This document shows, piece after piece, positions 29,270 to 40,051 of a stretch of DNA of 64,000 nucleotides. The position numbers were made by a program, and so were the translations under genes. The notes under the pieces were generated by a model, which worked only from the letters and a program-made list of their open reading frames with translations, was not told where the DNA came from and ran no database searches. Source of the stretch: a virus (taxonomy: Duplodnaviria > Caudoviricetes); IMG/VR virus record IMGVR_UViG_3300042988_001200. One strand, written 5' to 3'. Numbering within the stretch: the stretch's first letter is position 1; each line of letters begins with the position of its first letter.

Positions 29270-29860
29270 CTATTTATATCTAAGGATAATGGGTTCTAAT
29301 TGGTTATAGCAATCAGATAACCAATTATCTAGATTAGTATTAGTAGGTAGATTAATAGTGGGGTAGTTATATATATAGTTCCTACTATCACTATTAAAGT
29401 TATAAGGTTCATTAGTATTGGTATTAATCCTTTTCCATTGGCATATAAATAAATCTATATTAGGAAGATTAAGTATAGGTTGTATCTCCTCTGTAAATCC
29501 TCCATCTGTAACAATGTATATACCTCTTTCTTTTACTTCATTAGATAGAACTCTACCAAAGTAGTCTAACCCAAATGTAGGTTTAATCCACTCTTCACTT
29601 ATTCTCATAAGTAGTTGTCTAGGAGATAAACCATTAAGTCTAGACCAAGGAGTATCTTTATTAGATTGATAATACTCATCCCATGTAGGTTTATCAATAG
29701 AAGAACAAGTAAGAGCTATATCTATTAATTTAGATTTAAACTCTCTATGGTTAATAGTTATTCCATGTTTAGTATAGAACTCTTCATATAGATATTTAAA
29801 TAATGTATCTTTACCACTACTAGGAGGGCAATTAAATATAAGAACAATAGACTTTTCCAT
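29270..29860 (-). CDS. Deoxynucleoside monophosphate kinase
   Basis: P-loop PPSSGKDT, SPRQLLMRISEEWIK..FG.DYFG, VTDGGF..E. Confidence 0.8.
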   Translation of the reverse strand: MEKSIVLIFNCPPSSGKDTLFKYLYEEFYTKHGITINHREFKSKLIDIALTCSSIDKPTWDEYYQSNKDTPWSRLNGLSPRQLLMRISEEWIKPTFGLDYFGRVLSNEVKERGIYIVTDGGFTEEIQPILNLPNIDLFICQWKRINTNTNEPYNFNSDSRNYIYNYPTINLPTNTNLDNWLSDCYNQLEPIILRYK

Positions 29861-29912
29861 TTTATTACTTTCTTAAGAGTAGTATAATAGACATAGTTTA
29901 AGTAACATAACT

Positions 29913-30647
29913 ATGTTTAAAGAACTTTTAATTGATGGGGACCAGATAGCACATATAATGGCATATAGGGCTCCTATTGATATAGGAAGAGATATTCATT
30001 ACTATATAAAGAACTTAAAAGAAGAGACTAACTGTAATAAGTCTAAACTCTTTATTCAAGGTCCTGGTAACTATAGACATGAACTAGCTACATTAATGCC
30101 ATATAAAGGTAATAGAAAAAGAGATAATAAAGAGCTAGTAGATGAAATAAGAACCTTAATGGTAAGTGAGTTTAATGCCATTAGTGTTAAAGGAGTAGAA
30201 ACAGATGATGCTCTAGGTCTTAATCAAAGAGATGACACTATTATATGCTCTAGTGATAAAGACCTTAATATGATACCTGGATGGCACTTTAATATAAGCA
30301 AAGGTAATATCTATAAAGTTAATAAAGAAGAGGGTATAAAGAACTTCTATCTTCAATTATTAACAGGAGATAAAGTAGATAACATCCCTGGATTATCAGA
30401 GAAGGCTCCTTTAAGAGGTATAGGGCCTAAGACAGCTCAGAAGATATTAAATGGTAAAGATAACGAAAAAGATATGTTTAATACCATTAAGGAGTTATAT
30501 AAGAATAAATATGGAGAGGTTTACTCTTATGAACACTGGAAATCTAAAGAAAGGATTGAGTGTAATTATTTAACAGTATTAAATGAAAACGCTCAATTAT
30601 TATGGATTCAACAACGTTATAAAGAAAAATGGCATACACCTCTTTAA
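29913..30647 (+). CDS. 5'-3' exonuclease/flap endonuclease (T7 gp6-like)
   Basis: LIDGD, ETDDALG, SDKDLNMIPG, LTGDKVDNIPG. Confidence 0.9.
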   Translation: MFKELLIDGDQIAHIMAYRAPIDIGRDIHYYIKNLKEETNCNKSKLFIQGPGNYRHELATLMPYKGNRKRDNKELVDEIRTLMVSEFNAISVKGVETDDALGLNQRDDTIICSSDKDLNMIPGWHFNISKGNIYKVNKEEGIKNFYLQLLTGDKVDNIPGLSEKAPLRGIGPKTAQKILNGKDNEKDMFNTIKELYKNKYGEVYSYEHWKSKERIECNYLTVLNENAQLLWIQQRYKEKWHTPL

Positions 30648-30826
30648 TTAAGAATATGACCAAGATTTTAACATCTATAAAGACTACTAATATCCTGTTG
30701 ATTATTATCTTATTTCAACTTATATTAGAGAATGTAAGAAATTATGATCTAACTCCTACTACTAATTGTATGGCAGTAGATTCTAAGGGTAATTGTTTAC
30801 CACCAGACCAAGTGCATTCTCCTTAA
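30629..30826 (+). CDS. Small membrane protein
   Basis: One TM segment, Cys pair. Confidence 0.45.
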   Translation: MAYTSLIKNMTKILTSIKTTNILLIIILFQLILENVRNYDLTPTTNCMAVDSKGNCLPPDQVHSP

Positions 30827-30834
30827 TAATCTAT

Positions 30835-30863
30835 ATAATGAAACTATAATCTAGTTTCATTAT
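30835..30863 (+). terminator. Intrinsic terminator-like hairpin
   Basis: ATAATGAAACTA-5nt-TAGTTTCATTAT then TTT. Confidence 0.6.
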
Positions 30864-30866
30864 TTT

Positions 30867-31595
30867 ATGATTTATATAATTCCTATAGTCTTCTTTCTTA
30901 TATATGTATGTACTTTTTATTTATTAGATAAAAGGGATAAGGAGCCAATATCTCTTGTGTTATCTATTTGTATATATGGAGCTTTTTCTGCTTTATTTGT
31001 ATGTAGATATATACTTCCAGGAGCTAATTTATTTAATATCTCTTTTGTAGAAGAGACTATAAAGTTTATTATTGTTATAATTCTATTTCACTCTCTGTCT
31101 AAATATGTAAATAACTCTTTTGATTTAATTGTTTATTCATGTTATTCCGCTTTAGGTTTTTCTATAGCGGAATCTCTTTATTATTTATATCTAAACCCTA
31201 GTCTCTCATTGGCTTTATCTAGGTCTATATTTAGCGTTCTTCATTGTATATGGACAACTATATGTGCTTATGGTTTCTCTATATCTGTATCTTTATCTAA
31301 TCCTATATTCTCTATAGTAGGCATTACTCTTGCTATATTCCTTCATACTCTACATAACTACTTAGCCCTCTTTTCCTTTAATTATATATATATCTTTTTC
31401 TTTATACTTCAAGTATTTGCTTTATTTATTATATTTAATAATCTAATAAGTAGAGAGATTAAAATTATATCTCTTTATAAATCTAAGGACTTATCTAACT
31501 CACATATATTAGAAATATATGAGTTAGAACAAAAGAATAAATATATAACTTCTAGATTGAAATATCTATATGCCCTTACCAAATCCCTCCACTGA
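30867..31595 (+). CDS. PrsW-family intramembrane metalloprotease
   Basis: DKRDKEP, VEETIK, LGFSIAE, LHCIW, LHTLHN in a multi-TM protein. Confidence 0.85.
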   Translation: MIYIIPIVFFLIYVCTFYLLDKRDKEPISLVLSICIYGAFSALFVCRYILPGANLFNISFVEETIKFIIVIILFHSLSKYVNNSFDLIVYSCYSALGFSIAESLYYLYLNPSLSLALSRSIFSVLHCIWTTICAYGFSISVSLSNPIFSIVGITLAIFLHTLHNYLALFSFNYIYIFFFILQVFALFIIFNNLISREIKIISLYKSKDLSNSHILEIYELEQKNKYITSRLKYLYALTKSLH

Positions 31596-33582
31596 TAACT
31601 TTTATTTATTAGGTAATGAACAGGATGGTGCTGCCCTGGATATTATTAATAATAAACTTTATATTAGGTCTCATAATTTAAACCAAGCAGTACCTCTTAT
31701 ATATAATCTACCTACCAATTCCATTCCCTTTGGAGTAGATAATATCTCAGAGTATAGAATCCTTACATCTCCTAATAACTCTATTGATATAGATATAACC
31801 CCTACTGAAATACAGTTAAGGAGCTCTTATAGTGCTCCAGCTCTATCTAACGATAAGATATGGGTAGGTAAAGATAACTTACCTACTGAAGTATCTCTTA
31901 TTAGTTCGGATAATAGTGTAGTTATTACACATGGTCTTAATAGTATAGACCTACGTTCTGTTAGTAGTAGTGTTCCTATTCCTGCTCTTAGTTCTAATAA
32001 AGTATGGTTAGGGGTTCTAAATAACCCTACAGAAGTGGCATTTACTAGTGGGGATAACTCTATTTCAATAGGTCTATCCTCTACTTTTATAGATATACGA
32101 GCTGGTTCTTCTCTATCTCAACTTACTAGTCTAACTACTAATTCCCTATGGATGGGTAATAATAGTAATCAACCTATAGAGAAATCTATTACTAGTTCTG
32201 ATAGTTCTATAGTATTTAACCATCTATCTAACTCTTTAGATGTAAGGGTTAGTACCTCTTTATCTCAACTTACTAATCTAACTAGTAATAAGATATGGGT
32301 TGGTTCTACTAATCTACCTACTGAAATGTCTATAGTTAGTTCAGATTCTAGTATAGATATTAATATTGGAACTAATGAAATAGACTTAATAGCTAATGTA
32401 AGTTCTGGATTACCTGCTTTAGAGAGTAATAAAGTATGGCTAGGCATTACTGATATTGCTACTCCAGTAACTCTTAATAGTTCAGATGGGACAGTAGATA
32501 TAGCTCTAAGTCCTACTTCTATTGACTTTAAAGTAGATAATTCAATAGCTAAACTAGCAGGTCTCACTACTAATAAGGTATGGATTGGAGCTTCTAATTT
32601 ACCAGAAGAAAGGGCATTAAGTAGTTCAGATAGCTCTATTAGTATTACTGTAGGACCTACTTCTATTGACTTTACATCTAATGTAAGTTCTGGATTACCC
32701 TCTTTAGATACTAATAAGATATGGCTAGGTGTTACTAATGAGGCTACTCCAGTATTTCTAACTAGCTCAGATGGAACTATAGATATTACTTTAAGTCCTA
32801 CTTCTATAGACTTTAAAGTAGATCCATCTATAATTGAATTAACTAGTTTAACTAATAATAAGTTATGGTTAGGGGTTACTAATCTACCTACAGAGGTAGG
32901 GTTAACTAGTTCAGATAACTCTATTATTATTACTATGGGAGCTACTGAAATAGATTTAGTAGCTAATATAACTCCTGAACTACCTACTTTAGATACTGGA
33001 AAAGTATGGATTGGTGATATTAATGTACCAACTAGTAAGACTTTAACCAGCTCTGATGGGAGTCTAGATATAACTAATGGAGTTGATTTAGATATTAAAG
33101 TTAGTGATTCAATAGTTAGACTAGGTAGCTTAACTACTAATAAAATATGGGTTGGGGTCTCAGATTTACCAGAAGAAAGGTCCTTAATTAGTTCAGACAG
33201 TAGTGTTGATATAAGTATTGGGGCTAGTTCTATAGATATTAAGAGTAGAGATAAGGGTTTGTTATATAGAACTGTGATATTTAGTGATACAGGTTCTATT
33301 AATCTAGGTACTTTACCCCCTAAATCTTCTATTAGTCATATAAGTATTCAGGTAACAGAGGCGTTTGATGGTACTACTAACTTTGTATTAGGAGATACTA
33401 TTAATAATAACTTATATCTAACAACTGATGACTTTGTTCTTAATACTATAGGAGTTCTATATCTATTTCCTAATAGTATTATCCCTACTATAGTTAATAC
33501 TGATTTAATACTTACTTACTCTAATACTGGTACTACTGAGGGCTCCTTTGTTATCTGTGTTTACTATAATACTAGTCTATAA
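31570..33582 (+). CDS. Repeat-rich virion fibre-like protein (10 repeats of about 47 aa)
   Basis: Ten L..nKxWxG..N.P.E..l.SSDxSI.I....ID units. Confidence 0.7.
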   Translation: MPLPNPSTDNFYLLGNEQDGAALDIINNKLYIRSHNLNQAVPLIYNLPTNSIPFGVDNISEYRILTSPNNSIDIDITPTEIQLRSSYSAPALSNDKIWVGKDNLPTEVSLISSDNSVVITHGLNSIDLRSVSSSVPIPALSSNKVWLGVLNNPTEVAFTSGDNSISIGLSSTFIDIRAGSSLSQLTSLTTNSLWMGNNSNQPIEKSITSSDSSIVFNHLSNSLDVRVSTSLSQLTNLTSNKIWVGSTNLPTEMSIVSSDSSIDINIGTNEIDLIANVSSGLPALESNKVWLGITDIATPVTLNSSDGTVDIALSPTSIDFKVDNSIAKLAGLTTNKVWIGASNLPEERALSSSDSSISITVGPTSIDFTSNVSSGLPSLDTNKIWLGVTNEATPVFLTSSDGTIDITLSPTSIDFKVDPSIIELTSLTNNKLWLGVTNLPTEVGLTSSDNSIIITMGATEIDLVANITPELPTLDTGKVWIGDINVPTSKTLTSSDGSLDITNGVDLDIKVSDSIVRLGSLTTNKIWVGVSDLPEERSLISSDSSVDISIGASSIDIKSRDKGLLYRTVIFSDTGSINLGTLPPKSSISHISIQVTEAFDGTTNFVLGDTINNNLYLTTDDFVLNTIGVLYLFPNSIIPTIVNTDLILTYSNTGTTEGSFVICVYYNTSL

Positions 33583-33584
33583 AT

Positions 33585-36500
33585 ATGACAACTTATTATA
33601 TCTCTCCCACTGGCTCTTCTAATGGTTTATCTATTAATAATCCCTCCTCATACTCGACTATCTATCCCTCTCTAATAGAAGGGGATGAACTTATATTTCT
33701 ACCAGGTAAGTATAGATTAAATCTACTTATAGATAAACAAATAACTAGCAATAATACTTATATAACTTATAGTTCTCTAAGGAATCAGGCTAATACTCAG
33801 TTCCTAGAGACCTATACAGATATATCTCAGAAGGGTGTTATTGTATCTAAACCCTCTACTATCTATGAAGAGGCTATTATTACTGGATGTGAAATTCTTA
33901 ACCAAGTCTGGACTAATGTATCTGGATTCATATGGAAGACTAATATAACTCTTCCATATGCTAAGGGGTCTAATCAAATATTCTATAAGGATGTTCCTCT
34001 AGTAGAAGCTAGATATCCCTCTATCTCTAATCTAGAAGAGGAAATATATCATACATCCTATCTAATATCTATAGCAGGCTCTATTAATGAATCAGATGTT
34101 AATGCTGATGGATATCTATGTACCTACTCTAATACCTCTCTATCTTCATTCCCTGATAACTTCTGGAATGGTCATAGTATAACCCTTCTCCCTGGAAAGG
34201 AGTGGAGGGGTTATATCGGTAAGGTAATAAGTAATATAGGTAGTACCCTAACTTTTAGATTTCAATGGCCCTCTACCTCCCATTCAGCTCAAGCTGCTAA
34301 ACCAGAGGCTGATGATTTATTCTATCTATGGGGCTCTTTAGATACATCTCTACTTACTCCTAATAGTTATATATATGACTCTAATACCCAAGAGTTATAT
34401 ATCTATCTCCCTGATAATAAAGATCCTAATACCTGTGCTATTGGGGAAATAGAGTATAAAGCTAGATTATATGGATTAGAGTATTCAGGGGTTGTTACAG
34501 GTACTAACTCTGCTATTAGATTGGAAGGGCTAAAGTTCTTTAGTTGTGCTCTTCGTACTACTAATGATAGTAGTGGTCTTAATACTAAATACTGTGACTT
34601 TAATTATCTGACTCTAGGTTATGAAGGTACTATAGCTGGATTTGTATTAAGAGGTTCCTCTGGACTTATAGAGAGTTGTAACTGGTATGTAGCTGGTAGT
34701 AATGGATTAGAATTAAGGGGTAATGGGCATAAGGTTATTAATAATACATTCAATAAGATATCTATTAGACCTACCTCTACGCATAGTATTATTTGTTATC
34801 CAGATGTATTAGATGACCAGGGTTATAGTCTATTTGCTAACTCTGTATGGGACTTTAGTGCGTGGGGTATTGAATGTAAATATAAGCGTTCGGTCATTAA
34901 TTATAACAACTCTAATCAAGGAGGGGTTTCCTTTAATAGAGTATGGAATGGAAGTAATTGTCTATCAGATACTTCCTTTATAGGGTCCTGGGATGCAGGA
35001 GACCATAATGGTCTAGTTATCTCCTTTAATATATGCCATGACTCTAAGGATAGAAGGAATATTACTAGTCTATTTAGATTGGATTCAGGAGGGGGTAAAG
35101 GATGTTGGAATGCTGTATTCCACTCTAATATTGCCTATAACTGTAGGAACTTTAATAGTTCTATGTCTATATGGGGCCTTCTACCCTCTCAATATAATGG
35201 AGATTTAAATATAGATGTATATAACAATACAATCTGGGGTGGATTAACTATAGAAAAAGGTTCTGATACTACTAGACAATTCACTGGTATAGATATACAA
35301 AGGAATATACTTGTAGACTTTGTACCTTTAGTTTCAACTACTCACACTCTTTTAGATAATGATATTCTTAAGGCTTCTTATCTTAATAATGTACAAGTAG
35401 ACCCAGATATAGGTCTTACCTATTGTGACTTTAGACCCTCATATACTAGCTCTATCACTAACACTAGTGCTATAGCTGGTAACTTTAGTACCTCATATAA
35501 GGGAGCTGTTGTTCCTACTATTGTATCTAGTAATTTAGAAAGTCTATACCAGGCTTACCCATTTATCAATGTACCCTTTGTATCAACAGGTGCTTATTGT
35601 GTAGAAGCTATTCACTGGAATGATATAGAAGTAGAACAACTAACTCAATATCCTAATGTAGTTAAAATAACAGGATTACCTAAAGGTAGGACCCTTCCTC
35701 CTCTATGTAACTTATATCTAGGTAGTTCTATATATCTAACTAGATATGAAACAGTAGATGATGATGGTTATTTCACTATATGGTACGTTCTACCATTCTC
35801 TAGTACCTCCCAACCTTTATATCTATCTATAGGAGGTTTCTATGAGGGATGGAAGGATACTAAAGGGGCTTTAATAAACCTTAATCTATCTATAATCACT
35901 CAACCATCTATAACCTTTACTTCATATCTAGAGGGCACTCTAACTCTTAATACTAAGTCCCTATCTCTAGGGAATAAAACAATTATTCCTTTAGCTGTAT
36001 CAGCCCTCCAATGGGTAAATATAAACTCTAACCCTGTATATATACAAGTCCCTAAAAGCTCTATAGTAGGTTCTCTACATAACTATTTAGTTAAGGACTA
36101 TCAAGATAGAACTCTTAACTCCTGGATAGATAGAGAAACCTCTACTGATTATTACCTATGGATATCTCTAGTAGACACCTCTATAAGAAGAAATAATTCT
36201 CTTATAGACTATTCTCTATATCTAGAACTTTCTAATACTTATGTACCTCATAATAATGTAAATGAGATATTCCCCTCCTTTGGTCTATCTAGCTTTAAGA
36301 TATGGCTATCCCCTGATTCTATAAATAGAACAGGTAACTCTATTACCTCTTGGACTAATAAAGGACTCGCTGGTGGTACTTTTAACCTATCCACTCCATC
36401 TACTCTTGATTATGTCTCTACTGGATTAAACTCTATACCAGGAGCCTCCTTCTCTGGAGATGATAGATTACTCCCATCTAATATGGGACCTATAGATACA

Positions 36501-38543
36501 GATTTATATGTAGGTATAGTTGTATATAGAAACCCAGACCCAGGGGCTATTAGAAACCAAAGGATACTTTCTAGTGCTCTTACTGGTAATGACTACTCTA
36601 GTGGTATATATGTCATACCAGATAACACCTCTGGAGATGTAATAGCCTATCCCTCTGGTAAGTCTAAATTAGTTACATCTTCCTATGTGGCTAACCCCAC
36701 TAATCTAACTCTAGGGGGTAACTATAGTAATACTAATGCTAACTATAAAGGAGAGTTATATGAGTTAATAATCTGGGATAAACCTATAACTCCCTCTCAA
36801 AGAAACCCTATCTTAGATAACTACATTCAACCTAAATACTTTAATAACAACATAACTCTAGACCCTGAACCTAATCCCTCATTGGGCTCCTTTAACTTCC
36901 CTGTATATATAGATGGAGTTCTATATCCAGGGATTCATATAGTTCAGTCACCTATAACCAACTCTCAATCTACATTTACTCTTACTAACCTACCTCCTCT
37001 ATCAGAGGGGAATCACTCAGTATCTATTAAAGCCCCTTCTGGCTTTATTAATAACTTCTCATCCTCCTACTCCTCCTATGACTTCTCCTTTAACTACTCC
37101 TATCAAATATTTATTATGACTCGTATAACTAACCTTATAGGTACTATTACTGATAGATGGTCTATTAAATCTAAGGTTATTAAAGATAATTCTACTAACC
37201 TCTCCTTTACTGACCTCTCTAACCAACCTACCCCTATTAACTCTAAGGTTACTAATAACCGTATAGTTATTGGTAATAGCAATAATGAAATGGTGGAGGT
37301 AGACCCTAGTACATTATTTATTACACCTAGTTCTACAGTAGATGGAGATATAGAGGGTACTTTATCTACACTTAGTATTAAGACTAATAGTGTTACAGAT
37401 AATAAGCTGGGTAATAGAACATTAGACCAGAATATAGGGACTACAGCTTCTAATACTGGAACCCTTACTTCTTTATTATCCTGGTTAGTAAAGCATGTTA
37501 AGTCCATATTAGGGACTACTAACTGGTATGATGCTCCTCCTACTAATCTAACAACTGTATCCTCTCATTTATCTAATACTAGTAACCCACATGGAGTTAC
37601 TGGGGCTCAATTAGGATTAGGTTCTATTAGTGTACAAAATAGTGATGCTGTAACTATTACAGGAGGTTCTATTACTGGAGTAACTTCATTCTTATCATCT
37701 TCTAATCCATTAGTATCTGGTACTGCTAGTGCAGGTACATCCAGTCTAGCTAGTAGAGAGGACCATGTTCACCCTGTACCCTCTGCTAGTTCTATTAATA
37801 CTTATCTAGGACAGATAGCCGGGTTATCTCCATCTAGTAATAGTATTATCTACTTTAATGGTTCTTCCTGGGTTGTAGATAGTATATTAAGTCATATGAA
37901 TAGGGTTACAGCTACTAATATTATCTTTATAGATGACCATTTCATATGTGGGAGTGTTGCTAGTAATAATGGTTGGACTACTACTAGTAGCGCTGGGAGT
38001 TCTAGTTTAATTAATAGTGAAGCTGGTCGACCAGGGTTAATACAAATATTTAATAATAGTGGGGGTACAGGTAGTGCTTGTTTAGGTACTAACTTCACGA
38101 ATGGTACAGCTAGTGTATTCCTTAATACCACTTCTACTACTCTATCTATCACTAGTAGGATTCAGACCCTATCTGCTACAGGAGAAGAGTTTGAAGTTAG
38201 ACTAGGGTTCTTTGATTCTGGTATAGGTTCTATTAATAATGGTGCTTACTTTATAGCTGACCCTACTAGTAACTTCTGGAGATGTATATATGCTATTGGT
38301 GGCTCTTCTACTACTTATACTACTACTGTAGCTCTAGGTACTATATGGAATAAGTTTACTATTAATATAACTAATGGGGGATTAAACACTGATTGGTTAA
38401 TTAATGATGTAGTAGTAGCTTCTCATACGGTAGGTAGTGGTCTATCTACTGGAGTAGGATTTGGTACTTGTATTAGAAAGACTGTTGGTACTGCTCAAAG
38501 ATATGTATATATTGATAGATATACTCTATATCAACTACCTTAA
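33585..38543 (+). CDS. Giant receptor-binding/tail-fibre protein with N-terminal right-handed beta-helix and LamG-like lectin region
   Basis: TYYISPTG..GLSINNP, Asn/Gly-rich parallel beta-helix repeats, WLSPD..W..K and ELIIWD (LamG-like), fibre motif LLSWLVKHVKSILGTTNWYDAP, HLSNTSNPHGVT. Confidence 0.7.
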   Translation: MTTYYISPTGSSNGLSINNPSSYSTIYPSLIEGDELIFLPGKYRLNLLIDKQITSNNTYITYSSLRNQANTQFLETYTDISQKGVIVSKPSTIYEEAIITGCEILNQVWTNVSGFIWKTNITLPYAKGSNQIFYKDVPLVEARYPSISNLEEEIYHTSYLISIAGSINESDVNADGYLCTYSNTSLSSFPDNFWNGHSITLLPGKEWRGYIGKVISNIGSTLTFRFQWPSTSHSAQAAKPEADDLFYLWGSLDTSLLTPNSYIYDSNTQELYIYLPDNKDPNTCAIGEIEYKARLYGLEYSGVVTGTNSAIRLEGLKFFSCALRTTNDSSGLNTKYCDFNYLTLGYEGTIAGFVLRGSSGLIESCNWYVAGSNGLELRGNGHKVINNTFNKISIRPTSTHSIICYPDVLDDQGYSLFANSVWDFSAWGIECKYKRSVINYNNSNQGGVSFNRVWNGSNCLSDTSFIGSWDAGDHNGLVISFNICHDSKDRRNITSLFRLDSGGGKGCWNAVFHSNIAYNCRNFNSSMSIWGLLPSQYNGDLNIDVYNNTIWGGLTIEKGSDTTRQFTGIDIQRNILVDFVPLVSTTHTLLDNDILKASYLNNVQVDPDIGLTYCDFRPSYTSSITNTSAIAGNFSTSYKGAVVPTIVSSNLESLYQAYPFINVPFVSTGAYCVEAIHWNDIEVEQLTQYPNVVKITGLPKGRTLPPLCNLYLGSSIYLTRYETVDDDGYFTIWYVLPFSSTSQPLYLSIGGFYEGWKDTKGALINLNLSIITQPSITFTSYLEGTLTLNTKSLSLGNKTIIPLAVSALQWVNINSNPVYIQVPKSSIVGSLHNYLVKDYQDRTLNSWIDRETSTDYYLWISLVDTSIRRNNSLIDYSLYLELSNTYVPHNNVNEIFPSFGLSSFKIWLSPDSINRTGNSITSWTNKGLAGGTFNLSTPSTLDYVSTGLNSIPGASFSGDDRLLPSNMGPIDTDLYVGIVVYRNPDPGAIRNQRILSSALTGNDYSSGIYVIPDNTSGDVIAYPSGKSKLVTSSYVANPTNLTLGGNYSNTNANYKGELYELIIWDKPITPSQRNPILDNYIQPKYFNNNITLDPEPNPSLGSFNFPVYIDGVLYPGIHIVQSPITNSQSTFTLTNLPPLSEGNHSVSIKAPSGFINNFSSSYSSYDFSFNYSYQIFIMTRITNLIGTITDRWSIKSKVIKDNSTNLSFTDLSNQPTPINSKVTNNRIVIGNSNNEMVEVDPSTLFITPSSTVDGDIEGTLSTLSIKTNSVTDNKLGNRTLDQNIGTTASNTGTLTSLLSWLVKHVKSILGTTNWYDAPPTNLTTVSSHLSNTSNPHGVTGAQLGLGSISVQNSDAVTITGGSITGVTSFLSSSNPLVSGTASAGTSSLASREDHVHPVPSASSINTYLGQIAGLSPSSNSIIYFNGSSWVVDSILSHMNRVTATNIIFIDDHFICGSVASNNGWTTTSSAGSSSLINSEAGRPGLIQIFNNSGGTGSACLGTNFTNGTASVFLNTTSTTLSITSRIQTLSATGEEFEVRLGFFDSGIGSINNGAYFIADPTSNFWRCIYAIGGSSTTYTTTVALGTIWNKFTINITNGGLNTDWLINDVVVASHTVGSGLSTGVGFGTCIRKTVGTAQRYVYIDRYTLYQLP

Positions 38544-38593
38544 TATAAAGAAACCCTTCTATTATTTAATCTAGAAGGGTTTCTTTATATTAA
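38540..38593. terminator. 22-bp perfect hairpin between convergent gene blocks
   Basis: TTAATATAAAGAAACCCTTCTA-10nt-TAGAAGGGTTTCTTTATATTAA. Confidence 0.8.
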
Positions 38594-39022
38594 TTACATA
38601 GGGGGGAAGTATTCTTTATCTGCTTTAAATGCTACTTGTTTATTATCTAATGAGCAAAATTCATCATTACAACCTTCATTTTCATTTACCCAATTAGATA
38701 TAAAAGTTACTTCTTCTGGAGAATTAATGTTAATTTCTTTACCTAAATACCACCACTTTCCCTCCACCTTAATAATAGTAATGGTCTTTTTATCTAAGGA
38801 TTCTTCATTAAATTCATAGCTATTTACTAGTTTAGAGTTCTTTAATATACTATCTAACCTATCTTTATATTTAGGTTCTAGAGAAAGTATTACTTCTTTA
38901 CTTGTATGAAAAAGTTCATCTTTATTAATAAACTGTAAATTCTCTAATAGAATTATTAAAGAATATAAAGAGGAAATACCTCTTCTAGTCTTAATCTTTA
39001 CTTGCATATGTCTATTCCTCAA
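38594..39022 (-). CDS. Hypothetical protein, last gene of Ubl operon
   Basis: 142 aa; CNDEFC. Confidence 0.55.
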   Translation of the reverse strand: MRNRHMQVKIKTRRGISSLYSLIILLENLQFINKDELFHTSKEVILSLEPKYKDRLDSILKNSKLVNSYEFNEESLDKKTITIIKVEGKWWYLGKEININSPEEVTFISNWVNENEGCNDEFCSLDNKQVAFKADKEYFPPM

Positions 39023-39317
39023 TAGGGTTTACTTCAGATAAAGGAGTGGTTAACTCTTTATATACTTTATCAACTTTAGGGTTCTTATTATATTTAAAAC
39101 CTTTAAGAGCTTTAGTTAAATTAATTATTTCCTCTTCTTGAAAACTCTTAATATTAACTGTCTTACCTCCAAATGTATATTTACCTAACTTCCTATCCCA
39201 AGCATCCTCTAGAGCTTTATCTACTTTAGAGGATTCATTATTTAATTCCTTAACAGAGAACCTTTGTAAAGCCTTATTTTCTGCACTATTACTCTTAGAT
39301 TTATTAGTCTTAGACAT
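39012..39317 (-). CDS. Hypothetical protein downstream of E1
   Basis: 101 aa; AGGAGA RBS. Confidence 0.6.
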   Translation of the reverse strand: MSKTNKSKSNSAENKALQRFSVKELNNESSKVDKALEDAWDRKLGKYTFGGKTVNIKSFQEEEIINLTKALKGFKYNKNPKVDKVYKELTTPLSEVNPIEE

Positions 39318-39328
39318 CTATTTCTCCT

Positions 39329-40024
39329 TTATTTAATATCTAAATGAACTTTATCTAAACTATTAACTACTCCTTTATTAATATCAAAAGACATTAGTTC
39401 ATAGAAGTAACCATTAATAATATTATACAGAGTATTAAGCGTGAGGGAAGCTGCCATTAAATTAGCACAGATAATCTGAGTATTAGTCTCCTTTTGTAAT
39501 GAACATCCCCTATCTCCAGGAATCCTATCTGTAGGTTTATTAAGACTAGGATATAACTCTAGGGGATTGGTTCCTATGGATTTACCATTTATATAAGCCC
39601 AGGTTATTACTTGTCCATAATCTAACTCATTACCAGGAGTAATGAATATAACATCTCTATTAGACTCAGATATAGCTTCTATAACAGCTTTTCTACTAGC
39701 CTGATTATCTACACAAGCTATACAAAGGGTTAAAACACCAGAGTCTCTATTACTTAGAATATTAGAGTATACCTTTTTATTAACATAAGTTATATGTGAA
39801 TAACAAGATATATCTAAATCTAATATCTCTTTTTGTAATGGATTAACTTTATTAAATGAAATGCTAGAAGGAAAGAAACCCTGTCTTTCTATATTATTCT
39901 CCTCTACTTTATCTGCATCATATAAATGAACTTCTATATAGTTCATGTACTTTTTTAATAGTTTAGCCATTGGTATAGCTAAATAAGAGCCGGTTCCACC
40001 ACATCCAATAAGGTCTACAAACAT
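39329..40024 (-). CDS. ThiF/E1-like ubiquitin-activating enzyme
   Basis: LIGCGGTGS, YDADKVEENNIERQ, CVDNQASR, GNE, putative catalytic GCS...Q..AN. Confidence 0.9.
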   Translation of the reverse strand: MFVDLIGCGGTGSYLAIPMAKLLKKYMNYIEVHLYDADKVEENNIERQGFFPSSISFNKVNPLQKEILDLDISCYSHITYVNKKVYSNILSNRDSGVLTLCIACVDNQASRKAVIEAISESNRDVIFITPGNELDYGQVITWAYINGKSIGTNPLELYPSLNKPTDRIPGDRGCSLQKETNTQIICANLMAASLTLNTLYNIINGYFYELMSFDINKGVVNSLDKVHLDIK

Positions 40025-40051
40025 GTTTACTCTCTTAATATGAAAGGAAGA

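Noticed and set aside
31570-33582. Regularly spaced DNA repeats as a CRISPR array
   Set aside because: The repeats are degenerate, in frame and about 141 bp apart inside a coding region, and no cas genes are present.
38594-39022. CNDEFC as a detached RNR C-terminal redox pair
   Set aside because: The RNR already has its own CKSGC tail, the gene is far from nrdJ, and one short motif is insufficient evidence.
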